Below are positions 23,530-38,109 of a stretch of 64,000 bases of DNA, piece by piece; within the stretch, counting starts at the first letter, position 1, and the number at the start of each line of letters is the position of its first letter. Location: assembly GCF_963853765.1 (NCBI RefSeq), contig NC_088858.1, positions 43,276,001 to 43,340,000 on the forward strand, read 5' to 3'. This DNA is from Magallana gigas (Eukaryota). The position numbers were made by a program, and so were the translations under genes. A model generated the notes under the pieces. The model was not told the origin of the DNA and ran no database searches. It was given only the letters and a program-made list of their open reading frames with translations.

Positions 23530-25504
23530 ATGACTACACGCAGCTCTACAGGTAAGGTAGCGGATTACAAAGCCTTTTAATTGGCTGAAATATTCTCGTT
23601 TTCGATTTTTTTTCTTTATCAATATCATTTTTAAAAAATTTAAAAATGTCAGAGGGACACGCTTAGAACGCACGTGCTTATACCTATTTAAATATATCTC
23701 TCATTTCAAAACACAGCTTAATTATGAAAATATGTAATGCCTATGAATTTGTAAAAATCAAAAATAAAATCTGCCTGACTTGTCTCGTAATCCACCTCAA
23801 ATTATGAATGAAATTGCCATCGTGTTACAATGAAACAAACGGTCGATATTGTTTTTGAAAATGCAGATTGATTTAGTAGGCCGTAACATGTGCAGAATTA
23901 CGGTCCCATTATATTACAATATTATATTTACATCTACCGAGTATGATTCCCTCTGTTTCTTACGGTAACTTATAGTTAATTTATAGCTCTATAGAATCTA
24001 CACGCCCCGTCAATCGATTGGTCGAAACCTGCAGCGACCTAAGACGGACTGCACGAAATAATCATGATGATATTTCCATAGGAGACGATTTGGCTGTTTC
24101 TTTTAGCTAACGGACTGATGTACATTAACAGTAATTTAGTGAATTTTACTTAATTTTTACAATCAATTTATTACATTGTTAAAAGAAAGATGCAAATATA
24201 AACAATAAAATGATTTCTTTGATTATTAATGCGGGCTATGAAGGTAGCGATCATTGCGGGTTATGTATTTTTTCTGCAATGTCGCCATCTTCATATCCTG
24301 CATAAATCACTAAAGAAAGCACTTTATTTTTTATATATTGAACCAATAATGGTGAGAAACAAGATTTAACGCTTTAAAAAAATAGATTTCAGATGACAAA
24401 ACATACCTATCTTGAACACGCATTTATTTACCACCACATGGCAACAGCGTAAAGTTCTCCGCTACACCTGTAGTTTATTTAGTTTGTTGATCAAAATCTC
24501 TTGACACGTTGTAACATCTAGTTACTATGAAACAAAATATCCATGGATGGCATAATCTCACAGCGGGAGGGTCTTTGCGTGACCCACATTCTCTCTTTCT
24601 TTACCAGGAAAATCATTTTTCTTCATAATTTCAGCTTGTAAAATACAAATATTTGTCAACTTTTTGTACTTATTTCAGTTTTCTAACTTATGGGACTTAT
24701 TAAAAATCATTGACTGTAAACACAGTACAACATAACATTTATTGATTACAGTTCTCAAATTGCAGTTACTGAAAAAAAATGATTTCTTACTTCTCAGAAA
24801 ACATGAATATCTACATATGCGTATATTTTCACTAGCATATGTGTATACAGTCATTAAAAGTCCAAAGAAAGAGCAGTAAAAATTTCTGTATTCGTAGATT
24901 CATCACAGTTGATTATATATGTGGGTGGGTGGATGTGATCAAAGAAATATATGAGTTGTAAATAACAATTTTATGTTCTAAATGTTGATCTATGTGTAGA
25001 ACAGGACCATTGGAAGCTCTGGGAGCATTTAATGAAATGCTCTTATTTTTTATCGTTCTGCGCAAAACATTCTCTATACATAAGGCCACCAACCTTTGAT
25101 TGCACGGGCTCTCTGTGTGAATGTGCCTTTAACTATTATAAATTCCATACAGTAACTGCAATTTAATGAAATTTAATTCACCATAGCTTAAAGTGTTATT
25201 TATGACGGGAAATTAATTTGTCAGCTAACAGTGCAAATAAACCCGGAACTCCATGCCCTATTTCTTGTGACCTCTGTATGATACTATGTCCATACTGCAT
25301 GTCCGTCTCTAATTTATCTCCATCACTCTGAATCATGTAGAACACTCAATACACACAGGGCATTGTATATACACACTTGTGTAATTAATACGACAATGAT
25401 CTTATTCTTCATTGTAGACAGCGCCTCCCCGTACCCCACAGAAAAAGAGGTCATTTCACACCACCCAAGTCCCCAGCCCCTGATGGATGGGACCAGAACC
25501 TACG
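23530..25504 (+). CDS. Candidate orphan two-exon coding fragment (incomplete)
   Basis: ATG exon 23530-23551 with donor CAG|GTAAGG (phase 1) and a GC-rich 87-nt exon 25418-25504 (ttcattgtag| ... ACG|GTAAAT, phase 1-1) give MTTRSSTDSASPYPTEKEVISHHPSPQPLMDGTRTY. No homology recognised. Confidence 0.3.
24204..24328. mobile_element. Palindromic hairpin element (different family)
   Basis: About 53-bp imperfect inverted arms aataaaatgatttctttga...agcgatcattgc / gcaatgtcgccatc...aagaaagcactttatt. Confidence 0.65.
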
Positions 25505-25544
25505 GTAAATACATCTTACAAAACAAAACACAAAACATGAGGAC

Positions 25545-25640
25545 TGATAATTTCGGTCGGGGCGTGATCAAACCTATCATTTGATCACGCCCCTACTATC
25601 TCCTCATAATACTCAAAGAATGACTCCTTGTTCCTTAAAT
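25545..25640. mobile_element. Palindromic hairpin element (family A, partial)
   Basis: tgataatttcggtcggggcgtgatcaaa...tttgatcacgcccc...cctcataatactcaaagaatga, matching 8074-8220. Confidence 0.7.
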
Positions 25641-27254
25641 TCGCCAAAGCTGAAATTCTCAATTCGTGTGTGATTGAGGCGGGTTGGAGTGGGGATGGGA
25701 TCAATTATAAGTAGTCAGCTCGAAGCTTTTAAATTCATTTAAAGTGGTACATTAGTTATTGTTAGTCATGGGGAGATGACTGCATCGTTTTCTCCACTGA
25801 ATTACACATTAAAAACTGTCTTCACATGATTTAAAAATTAAAACAGGAAGATATGACAATTTACCAAGAAGTAATAGGAAATGTAATTTATGTAATCGCA
25901 ATGAGATTGAAGATGAGAATCAGTTTGTATTGATATGTTTATTTTGCGTTCAATTTAAGATATAAATCTATTAATTAATATACTATTCCAGCAGAACAAG
26001 AGTATTCAAATTAATTCAATTGTTTTGTAGTACAAAAACGAAAGAAATAAACAATTTATGGAAATATCTGTATTTTGCAAATAAACTTGGAGCTCAGTAC
26101 TAAAAAAAACTATATAAAGTGTGTAGTTACTACATGTAAATGTCAATATGAAACAAATATTTACCTACTATAATTAATATACTATCCTCTGTCCATCTAT
26201 GAACTATGTACTTTTCATGTACCTATGTTACATGTTATTATTATGTAAATCTATGAGACAATTATCTTACGGAAATAAATAACTTGAACTTGATTTGATA
26301 TTATCTATATATATATACACCCGACCATATGACATTTACATTGTACTGTCATTCACCCTTGTGCATCCTCCATGTGAAGAATTGATCATTATCAACCCTT
26401 TCTCCAGTATATTCATCCACAACACATTATTTATATCGGATTTCGCTACATGTATAGAGAGAGAGAGGCCCGTGGGATACAGCGTTCACATGAGCAGCAG
26501 CCTACTGTGTAGCTTCACAATATATGATGTGCATTTCAAAACTAAAAAAAAATGTAATTAAAAGCAGTATTTCATTAGATCAAAGATACCGTTTTTCACA
26601 CATGTACAAGTATGTTTTTTTTCTTTATACTTTCATTAATTTTCCAGTTCTACGAAAATAGTGGCTTAAGTTCAAAGCACGTTTAACCCCAACTCAGGAT
26701 CCATTATGATGCCCAACGGATCATTATTTTCAAACACTTGAAAGTAGTCTTTACAATTTATCGTATGTAAGTGTTTGAGATTATTATCTATTGAGAAGAA
26801 GATTTTTATTATTAGATTTTAAAATATCATCATTAAAAATACTTAATTGACTAGTTTTTGACGGGAGCTAGTCCTATTCAAGGTTGGTGTTAGGCGACGA
26901 CATCGACAACCAGTTTTCAACACTATCTCAGCGTTGATTTTTAAATGTTGATCCAACACCATTATTTAAAATAAGCCACTTTCAATCTATTTTTTGGAGT
27001 TGATTTTAATCAACTCTCCTATGCAGTTACTCTGGCAAACCGAAAGTGAAACAGTGTTTGGACCTAAGCACAAAGCATCACCGCTGACAAGACTTAGATC
27101 TTGAAAATAACAGATAAATTCGGTTTACTGTATGCTGAACCATTAATTTTCAAGGAAACGTATTTATAAATACCTTCAAAATAGTCAGATTTTAAATAGT
27201 AAGAATAATTTAGATATTTTTGTAGTCGTATGTATTCCTACGCCAGAGTTCAAT

Positions 27255-27370
27255 TTAGTCTCGTTCAATCAGATGCTCGGCTGTATCCGTAAACCTCAGA
27301 CAAACAGAGAGTCTCTCTTGGTAGTTGGAGATTAACAGAGACAGTTGAGCGTCTGGTTGAACGAGACTAG
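27255..27370. mobile_element. 116-bp fold-back MITE with target-site duplication
   Basis: TIR tagtctcgttcaatcagatgctc / gagcgtctggttgaacgagacta; flanking direct repeat agttcaat (27247-27254 and 27371-27378), extendable to 9-10 bp depending on register. Confidence 0.85.
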
Positions 27371-28959
27371 AGTTCAATATTGCTTGGATCCAGACATGTG
27401 TACAATTTTTAGAAATATTTCGATTACTGATACATAGTTTGATGGAATTAATTCTATCTTTAAATATTACACAACATGATTCAAATGGGGTTTTCTCGAA
27501 ATTCTTGTCGGAAAAGTTCGAGAATTCATATTATAAAAATGTGCGTAATTCAAATACAGATTAGAAACTACTTGCCATGCAAAATAACATATCGTTGATT
27601 TTAGAATTAATAATAATCGATAAAATCAACTCCCGCCAGTACTTCAGTACTTTGATTAAAACATGGGAAAAGAAACCCCAATATCAATTTTACATCATTT
27701 TAAAGAGGCGGTCAAGAGCTTGTTTAATTCCGTTTTTGGAGAGACTGAAAGTATTCTAGAGATATTTTATTAATCAAAAATAGACAAAACTCAGAAATTT
27801 GTTCCATATTTCCTTCATAATTCATTGAAAAAGACAGTTTTAAACATGATTTTTCATTGTGTTTACCAAATCTTTTAGCCCCGGTACACCCTATCAAACA
27901 AAGCTATTGTTATGAAACAGCACTGAAAGAATTTATATCTTAAATTTTATAAACCTGTAGGTACCTCTCATTTACTAGATCTTGACTTTTATCAATTTCA
28001 ATTAAATGTTGACGATCAAGTTAGGCTATTTCAACGTTTAATTAAAAAAGTTACTTAAAATTTTAATATCACTCGCTTGTTCTGAAGAAATTGGCCGAGT
28101 ATGTAGTGAGTGGTCGCACAAAGTTTATAATAGCTAATAGAAGACGGATAGACGCGAAGCAAGACAGGCAATCAAAATGGCCCATTAGAACATCAGTTCA
28201 AGTGAGCTAAAATTACAACTGAAGCAACATCGATCAAATCACACGCTCCTCCAACAAACGCTGTTTGGACGCGTTTTTATGACTGGCCCTCGAGGCGTGA
28301 GCTATTATAAATAAATTAATTAGCATCTTTATCTCTGCTAGGATGTACATAAGTGCATGTTAAAAGTGTTTTCACTTTCGTTCTTCACTTCTAACAATAT
28401 GACTATGTACGTGCTCTAAATCAATGCATCATTAATGTTATGCAGGTACATGTAAGTTAAATCCATTGTTGTTGAGAAGAACAATATGACTGTATATATT
28501 ATGCATTCATTTCTTGATACATAAAATGCAAGTATTTACTACTGTCTGTTTATTTAAATCAACTAGTTCAAATTGATTTTCATTATTTCTTATGAGTCTA
28601 TGCTAAAACATTAACTCCCCCACTATACTCCAATACCTCTCCCATGCAATATCTTTTATTTTTAAGAATGTGCACACATATCTAATTGTTTTTTACTTTT
28701 GTTTACATGTATTTTCTTCTCAACAACGCGCATTCTACAGCTTCAGCATTTATGACCGCCGACTTCAACTATATGGGCGCTCATTAAAAAGATCCTGTAC
28801 CTATAGATGCTCATACTTTCAACCTTCACTTCACCGCACCCCTATTACCTAATGGGTGTGGACATTTTATGTTACCGAGCCCGAATAGGACTATTTATTA
28901 ACAAGTGTAAATTTTCAAACATGTTGTAGATGAGCCAATCAATGGCTATAGTAATATTC

Positions 28960-29126
28960 AATCGTTCAAAACTGTAAACACAAAGAATTGTGGGCTCTGT
29001 ATCTCGATTATAACTCGACCACTGACACTAAAATTTAAGTTGACTATTATAGATGCCTTTTTGAAGCACTGTAAACACGAAAAACGGAAAATTAATTTTT
29101 GACAAAAATTGACCTTGCCCCTTTAA
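28960..29126. mobile_element. Terminal fragment of a Kolobok-like non-autonomous element
   Basis: Ends tgaccttgcccctTTAA; the complementary terminus ttaatgggggcatggtca occurs at 47195-47212 as a separate copy. Superfamily inferred from the TTAA/RR termini. Confidence 0.4.
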
Positions 29127-29275
29127 AGGCAACGGATTAGTGTAAGTTTCACAACTTGTTTCCGAATCCTATTGTAATTGTAATACATTTCAACCTGCTG
29201 CGCATCAATGTACTATAATATATTTTCTATTAAAAAATATTGTTTACAATAAGTGCATGTGCTTTGATTGAAATG

Positions 29276-29468
29276 TAGAACCATTTTAACAAGACCTTGG
29301 ACTATCGGTAGGACGTAACTAGCTATTTTTTGCGTCAAAACAAGTTAAAAATGACACCGGTTTCTAGAGAAATATACACAAAGAGCCATGGCTGAGTGGC
29401 CAGCAATGAAATAAACAGACATCTTGACACAACTACCCAAAGTCCAAGCTCTTGTTAAAATGGTTCTA
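29276..29468. mobile_element. MITE family B, internally deleted
   Basis: TIR tagaaccattttaacaagaccttggact / agtccaagctcttgttaaaatggttcta. Confidence 0.85.
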
Positions 29469-30625
29469 ATTCCAATAGTTGAGAACCTATAGTTTTATTG
29501 CAGAATTTCATATTGATCTTAAGCATGTCAATTGGTATGGTCAATTTGAGGCATAGGCAGACTGTTATAAATTGCTCCCATTTGATATTATCAAAAGCCA
29601 ACGAACATGCGACCAGGCGTGGACGGGGAATACCAAATCCATAAAGCGATACTCGCACAAAATACCGTGGTGTTCGAATTACCAGCGCAGAGAGAATCAA
29701 CAGTCCATTAATGAAAACAATCTTTTGTCTGAACCCTGTGACATACAAACAACTTTTAAAACTCTTTATATTGAAATTCAATAAAATTCGCCATCTTTCA
29801 TCGTTATGTGTCCCCTCCCCCAAATAAATTATTCGCAGCGTTTATCTATATAAATCGTGAGGTGAGAGTATCGACACAATCAGGTCAATGACCGCTTCAA
29901 TAGCCATATCCAAACAAGAACTTGGTGCTGTATTTCAAAATCTCTCAAAAAAACTGAGTACCTCTACAAAAAATAAATACTAGCCTGTCAATGCTCAGTA
30001 TAATCCTACAAGAGTAGCGTTCGCTGATCTGAAGAGTAAAGCAAACAGTTGTTCATTGCAGTCGTATCAAATATACAATAAATCATATATATACACAAGT
30101 TCACTAACTACTTCTTCATACCGAAAATGTCAGATGTTACATTGATAACTCATAACACTACAACGGTGTTTAACAACAAACTTCCCTTTTTTTTTTAAAT
30201 TTTCAACATTAGTCAACACGCTTCTTGCAAGGCCTAACAACTAAAACGAGCTGATTTTGTTTTATCTTAATTCCAAATAATGGCCCAAGGGCCTGAGGTC
30301 GGACACATTAAAGTCATTATACCTGGTATATTCACGGGTTTCTCGACTGTTACATGTGAGATGTTTAAAATAATTTCCTTGAACTCACTGAATATGGACT
30401 TGCGTTTTTAACAATATAAATCGACGTAATGAAACTCTGTCATTGTAATTGTCATTATTTTAAAATAAATCAAAATCGCTGTTTTTAGAAGATGAATATG
30501 GCATATGAGATATTATTATTTTCCTGACGTTTCTAAATGCATGCTAGTATCTGCACAACGTAAGCATTACGTTACGTATAGAACCTTTGAAAGGAGTGTT
30601 AAAACACAAAAAATGGTAATTATAA

Positions 30626-30815
30626 ACTGTATACTGGGAAATATTCGCCCCCGATTTATTTTTGCTCCTTTCGCCCTCGTTGTCAGCGGGCGAATTCAAA
30701 TATCTCAGATTAATTTTCTTTTAACACAACTATGTCTGGGGTGAAACCGTTTGCAAGTGAGGGCGGGCAAAAATAACACGGAGCGAAAATAACCATGTAA
30801 TATTATCTATACAGT
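30626..30815. mobile_element. MITE with ACTGTATA termini
   Basis: actgtata (30626) / tatacagt (30808-30815) and repeated internal ttcgccc / ggcgaa motifs. Confidence 0.6.
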
Positions 30816-31525
30816 ACATGTATATTTTTGATGTTTAAGGAAAAAAACCCCACCTAATATCTTATTATTTTTGAGACAGCAAATTTGGCTTCTCCATATC
30901 ATCAATCTTTTTATTTGTATAAGTGTATATCCAAATCTCGAAGAACTTGTAAATCCCCCACATTGTGATGTAAGTTTAATTATGAATACGCTCAATGAAT
31001 TCTTTACATGACTTAAAACTCTATTGTCGTCAATTATAAGTTGTCCACGTTCATAGTTTTAAATAAAGAGTATTTATTTTGGTTATGTATTTTTCTCATA
31101 ATAAAAATAAATACCCTACATCTAATATAGTAATATATTAGATATAGGGTATTAATTTTTAATGTGAGAAAAATCCATAACGTCAGGCGCTTGTAGTTAT
31201 GTAAAGTAGTTTGATTGGGCTCATAGCATCGTTTTTTAAGGGGGGGGGGGGCGAAATCCAAATCCTTGGGGTGGAAAGAAAGGGGGGTGCGTGTGCTATT
31301 AATACCTAAAACTTTTCACCCTCTAATTTTTACATACTTTAAAAAAATTGGGTCCAACTCTTTCAAATTTCAATTTTCTATATGTAAATTTAAGAATATC
31401 TGTTGTGAGAACAAATGTGGGGGGGGGGGCACCCCATCCCCCTCCCCTCCACCGATGACAGCAGTAATCGAATCAATTCAAAATTTCATAACGTATGTCT
31501 AGAAGAATAAAATGCTAATAGAAGA

Positions 31526-31582
<57 letters not shown>

Positions 31583-32732
31583 AAAATTCAATGTTCTAAA
31601 TCCTTACCCTTACTATTGTTGACCTGATTAAACTTGAACTTGCTACACCTGAGACCGATCCATTCATTTTTTTTTCAATGTTGTACTACCGGTATTTATA
31701 TTACAACAGGGGTTGCTCAATGAACCAATGAACTCTTGCTGTCATATAAAAAAAAACTAAATCGAAAGTCTTTTTAACTGATATACCCGTTCATTGTGAA
31801 AGGAAAAAAAACCTTGGCCCCAGGGTGCTCTGTCCATTTAAAATTTGGTCTTGCGAGTTGGTCAGTTTTTAGTGACGTTAATACATACACATGTTAAGCA
31901 TGTTTCTTGGACTTCCAACCACTAGAATAAGAGTTCATACCGACCATCAAAAATACTTAGACATGAATTGAAGTCAAATTTTTCAAAATCAATTTTTTTA
32001 ATGTTTAATATCTACAATTATTCAAGAAACAGGGCATATTAATGTGGGCATTTTGTTTGTTTGTCATTTTATGTCATTATTCTTTAATTTTTTACTATTA
32101 TTTTTTAGTCGATCTCGTTAGAGACCAAAACATTTACATAATTATGTACATAGTAATTCACTTCACATTTATTTTATATCGTTTGTGTGATTTAATTTCA
32201 GTAGCCCTTTTCAGTGTGAAAAGAAATATGGCGCCAATAAATATATTATCAACATCGACTGCAAATCTTTCTATTTTTTTTTTTATTTTAAATTTCGGGA
32301 ATTCGAGTAATTGTATTGCACTGAATTATACACATGTGTAGACCATGTCAGAAAAGGTGAAATATTGATTTACAGTGACCAAAAACACGCAGTGAAGGCA
32401 TGATATTTTAATAAGCTACCAGTATCATTTGCTCACTGCAGTCATGGGGGTTAAATCAAACATTTTAAGACCATATACAATTATTCCTAGGTATTTCACG
32501 TATTGAAATACCCGATTCAACAACATTGCAGTTATGTTATAAATTAATCGCATTAATAATGACTGTCATGCAATAAATTTGAAATTTTTCAGACAGCAAT
32601 GTAAACATTAGAAAGTTATCCGTCCTGTACATGTACAGTATTCCTTCCAGGTCAGGCTTTTAACACAGTAACCTAGGCCGACTACCTCTCTCTTACGGTT
32701 GGGCCACATATGACGAATACTTTTTGACCAGA

Positions 32733-32776
<44 letters not shown>

Positions 32777-33744
32777 TCTCATCAATAATTCATCAATAAA
32801 GACATGGGGTTGGTTTAAAACACAACCATCATTTAGAAAATTTATATTAACACATATATTGATCGAGCGGATATTGGTTTGTGTGGGGTTTTTTTTTTAA
32901 CCACCACAAATGTTTCACTACAATGATCGTCTCTATAATCATATATTGCGAGAATCGAATTTTATTATAACTATCGTAGTATTAAATGGTCCCTTTTGAG
33001 TGCCCCTTAAAGCATGTTCCATAACTTTGTTTTAAAGACAGGAAATTGAAAATGTTTCAGCGTGGCTTTAACAATATTGGACATGTATTGTGGAAGTAAA
33101 GGTCAGACAGTGTCCGTATAGCGACCGTCAGACCATAAAACGGTCTGTGTAGTCACCAATCAATAAAAACATCCCTTCCTCTAGTCTTCTTTCACACGTG
33201 CGCTACAATTGTTATGTAAACTCCCCATCCCGATATTTTTATATAATTCTTTAAACAATACATACACCACAAATCTAAAGTTAGATTTAGTACTTCTTAC
33301 CTGAACAAATACCACTGACTTTAATCAACAGTCCAGTCTTTGAATGTTAAAAGGCTCAAGAATCTGTCTTGTTGTGGTCACCGCGGCTTTACAGCCGGTT
33401 CATGTTTTCAAAGTGTTTATAATAATATCCGTACGAGAATTAATGCCGATCAGGACCCAGTAATGATGAAACAATCTATGTAGTCTTGTTTCAACCCTAA
33501 CAATTATTTTTCAGCGTTTAAAATCAGTTTCAGTTACGTCTACACAGTCATCGTAAATACGAAAGCATGTATTGGACAGCTTTCATTATGTAAAAATAAC
33601 TCCGGGGCTCTCGATGGGAAAAGAAATCATAAATCAAGAGCATTGGGGATTCAGTGGGATTTACGGAAAATAAATGAGCCCAGGTTTATAACACACGCGT
33701 TCGGCTGAATTAGCTGCTTTTTTATAGCTGTAGATCTGTATCTC

Positions 33745-33822
33745 CCGGTCTGAAAAAATTCGGATGGACGACCCATTTAAAAAATTTGGATGAACGATCC
33801 ATCCGATTTTTTTCAGACCCTG
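33745..33822. mobile_element. Short fold-back element, hAT-like termini
   Basis: ggtctgaaaaaattcggatgga / tccatccgatttttttcagacc inverted arms. Confidence 0.55.
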
Positions 33823-35689
33823 GTGCTATATTTTGATAAAGTATTTACAGTAGCATATCTTAACAGTAAATAATACATTCATAAATTAGAACGTAGTATG
33901 CATGCTATTAAAAGCAACGGGGCAACATTTACAGGAACTGTATTTGGAAACATCTAATTTAGGAGCTGTCAGAAATATATATTTTCCACAGATGACAAAT
34001 ATGTATGAAGTTTATTATACTTTAAATATTTCAGCATTTATTAAATAAAAAATGTAGGCGAGGGAATGACGAGTCGAATAAATATACCAGAATTTTGAAA
34101 GCCATTTACATTAACATGTAATTTTTGAATTACAGAATGTTTGGTTTGTTTTGGTTTGGTTAGCTTGTCACGATATGGGTGTGGATCTGGCCTTACACCG
34201 AACAAGAAAGATGTAATGTGCCTGTATATTTACGCTATGACAATATTATTTAACACAGGCACGTAGCATCAGCCCCCCCCCCCCCCCCCCCCCCACTTTC
34301 CCACTTTTTCTCGCAGCAACTAATTTTTTAAAATTTACATATAAAAAATTGAACTATCATGGAGTTGGCCCCCCCCCCCCCACTTTTTTGGAGGATGTAA
34401 AAAATTGATATGAAAATAAGGAAATTAGGATTGAAATAATTAAAGTTGTATACTACGCCAGCCCCCCCCCCCCCCCCCCCCACCCCGGATTAGGATTTTG
34501 AAGATTTTGGGAAAGTGTTATAACCGTAAAGAAATATTAGTTTTATCCGATAACTGGACTTTACTGTAGGAGTGAATTTGTCATGTTTGCTGCAGTTGTG
34601 TTTATTGATTGTGCAATAAACAAGCAAATGAGAGACAAAGTGACACAACGGCATGATTGCAAGTCCTTACTTAAGACCATTATGCTGAATTTGAAATATA
34701 CATGTACTGGCCTATGTTGATACAATATAAGCATAGCGATGTTTGTCAAACATGCATAATCTAGGTAGGTACGAACATGCATGCGTTCATCTATTTCAAT
34801 TTATTTGACATGACATACTTGCAACCGTAAATTGTCGACAGGGAATACACCGTATTTAAAACAACAAATGCATAGGTTATTCCTAAACTGGCATGTTGTT
34901 TTGAGGGGTTTTTAGTGAGAATGTTCAAGCTTAACATCATATTAAATTAAGCGCTGGGATTCAAGTTCAAATTATAACAGAACGGAAAAGCTTCATCAAA
35001 TGATTATATTTATTTATTAAACGAGCACGATATACCTATAATCTATTAAGAAGAAACATTTAAGGCATGAATAAAGTATTATTTTGGCAGTGTTAACTTT
35101 ATTCATACATGTAATTAGATACCCGAATAATCTTCGTAACTAAAGCATTCAATTTTTAAAGTAATACGTTTAAAATCAGGTTGTAAAATTTCGAGGAATA
35201 TTTATATTCATGATAGCTTTAATTTGGTTAGATCGTCAATATACATCTATAAATGCAAACGGGTTTTCATCGAAAATACTAAGAATGTAAATCATATACT
35301 AGTATATAAATACATAAATGTACATGGAGCAATTCGAGAGGACTTCTTCACGTATTAAATTATAAGACACAGTGTTTTTGTGGGGTTTTTGTGTTGTTTT
35401 TTTTAGTTTTTGTTTAGGGGGAGGGGTAGTCGTATTTCTGAGATGAATAAAAATCTCACCCACATCACTTAGACACGAAAATTGGTATCTAGTTAAAGGG
35501 GTTGGGGTGTGGGTATGGGTCCAGTTGCCTGTCCACCTTCGTACTTTTAATACAAACATTAGTATTTTTACATGGATTATTTGGTTCCAACGAACTAGGA
35601 CGTGACGCGCTATATAATCTTGTATCCGGTTCATTTTGCAATTAATTTACATTTAATTTGAAGATAAACACCATGCAACAACACTGGAG

Positions 35690-36360
35690 AAATTACCTTA
35701 AAACACTGAAAAGTCAATTTCTAGGCTGATTTTAAGGTTTTGTCCTAGTACAGATTGAACCAACCCATCCCACAAAGAGAAAAATGTTTTTTAAAGTCTT
35801 ACCATTCACAGATTTCAATATCCTCTGTATAAAGGCTCATATTTCTGGGAGTAATTTAAGGCAAACTACACTTTTAACAACAGATGCACTTTACACAATC
35901 ACGAATGTTCAAACTATTTGATCGAATCCTCCCACGTGTATCTTAAAACTTGTCTTTTTCTTTAACATGTATATTATAATCCTTTTTTTAAAACTCGCGA
36001 TAGTCTTCGAGTTATCATTAAAGATTATACGTAGTCACTGAAGTATATGTTATATCTGGTACCTGCAAGTTGATCTCTGAAGAAAAAATGCCGAGTCTTT
36101 CTTGTATTTCAGAAAATAATCCTTTTAAAACATTTAAATAAAGGTAAGTAAAAAAAGGTCAGAGCTTAACAAGTTGAAATTGATAGGGTTTGCACTCACC
36201 GTCCGAGTGTCTTGTCAATCCCATGAGCATGAACTCTTAATTTTATCGATCTTTAGTAATTACAACGTACATGCATGCTCTACATGCATATTCAGCGGGT
36301 AAACCAATTTGCCGGCATTTAACATTTATTTGCATGAAGCATGTTTTGAAAGTACATGTA
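35690..36360 (+). repeat. Dispersed repeat, copy 1 of a direct pair
   Basis: Shares collinear blocks (tataaaggctcatatttctg, gatcgaatcctcccac, tcattaaaagattatac, tatttcagaaaataatccttttaaaacat, ggtcagagcttaa...gttgaaattgatagg) with ~38110-38720. Confidence 0.8.
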
Positions 36361-38109
36361 TATTATTAAAACTCGGGGTTTTTTTTCAATTAGCCCCCCC
36401 CCCCCACTTTTTTAGTAAAATTATACATAACCATTACCTATACTCCTTTTTTGTTAAGATTTCTGATAAGTATATCCCCACCCCACCCTTTCAATTTGCT
36501 TCCGACGCGACTGCAATTAATATCCATCAATGTAAATATACACTGTATACTAGTATATATAATAGTATACAATGAGATACCATGTTCAGAAATGAGAACG
36601 AAGAGCAAGCCAGGTCAGGTAGTGAAGTATATTTTTTTACAATCTACTCATTTGATTCTATAATAAGAGTTCTTTGGGTAACATCGCCTACCTCAGTACT
36701 TTAAAAGAATTCTGAAACATTTACCAAATATATATCGTTAATATCTAAAACTGTAAACAAAGGGGGTTTATACAAGTCAACTACATTTGTACATTTTAAT
36801 GGAGAATAATGCATTACCTTTTCCACATCACAGCCTGCATCATCCCTAGATTCCAATAAATATGTAACTTTCAATTTTTAATATTTACATTCAGTGTATA
36901 TTTCTTCATACCTATTCGTTAATAAAACAAAGATATTTCTCGACAAAATTTCTGGCACTATATTTTTAGTCGAAGAAGCGAAGTAAATAACATGTTAATA
37001 TGGCTGTTCCATGCTTGTTTCATATGTTTCATATTCCTGACTATGAGCGTATACATGATGACATTAAAGCAACGATACACATATATTTCGTACAAATAAA
37101 CACCATTATTTTGCCTAATAAAAGTTGTAACTTTAGTGAGATTATGAAGATTCAAATTCTTTCAAAGCAAAATCGTGTGGAGTAGGGTGGGGCCACATTG
37201 GAGATCCAATTTTACAAAGGAAACATTATGAATAAAAGTATAAGCATTGAATGTTTATTTTTGGATGTCGCCAGTCCTATAACAGTGCTGTATTATACAT
37301 TTATTGCATGAACGTTCGGGAAATATGAAGATTTATTCCCCCATGGAAAATCATATTATTTTTCTGGGGGAAATCTGACACGGGTTCGTCAGGTTAAAAG
37401 AATTGGAGCATGATGTGCTATACAATTTGGTATACAGTTCATTTTTTTCTTTTTAGTTCACGTTTACGACATTTATTGAATTTTTCTAATTTGGAAAAAA
37501 AAAACATGGAGTACAAAAAGGATGGTGGGTCATCAAATTGAGGCTCTCTGAACAAAGTATTTTTTTCATCAGAAAAATGCTAATTATCCTTCAAACTTTG
37601 TAAATGAAATAAAATTTAAAAAAATTTCATAGTATCCATGTATTTTTGAAGTTACTACAATTTTGGCCACAATTGATATAATGGAATTACTATACAAGTT
37701 GAGATCAAATTAGAAAAAAACCCGGTTGTACGAATGGCTCGAACCCTTATACCTTTACGTAGTAGGTCTCCGTGGAGCCACTCTTTGTAACACTAACACT
37801 CCAAGACTAATTTGTCTATAAAAGGCAAATCTATGGTACGAATAAAAAAAAATCCGGATAATTTAGAGTTATTGAACATTGCTGAAGATCGGAGATCGTT
37901 AACAATCAGATCTTCCGTGAACTTTAAGATATGATTTGTATAGCTATAAACTATTGTAAAGTAAAGAAAAACTACAAATACATATTTCAGCTTTTAAATT
38001 TGAATATTTTGCTCAATCGCCATTTTTAGCTCTTCTTCTCATTGAGATTAATATAGTCTAAAAATGGCCCCGACCAACTATCCCTCTAAAATGGAACTGA
38101 CCCCTCCAA

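Noticed and set aside
29455-30110. LTR or coding remnant
   Set aside because: No TG...CA termini, PBS/PPT or recognisable protein motif; the short ORFs partly overlap a MITE.
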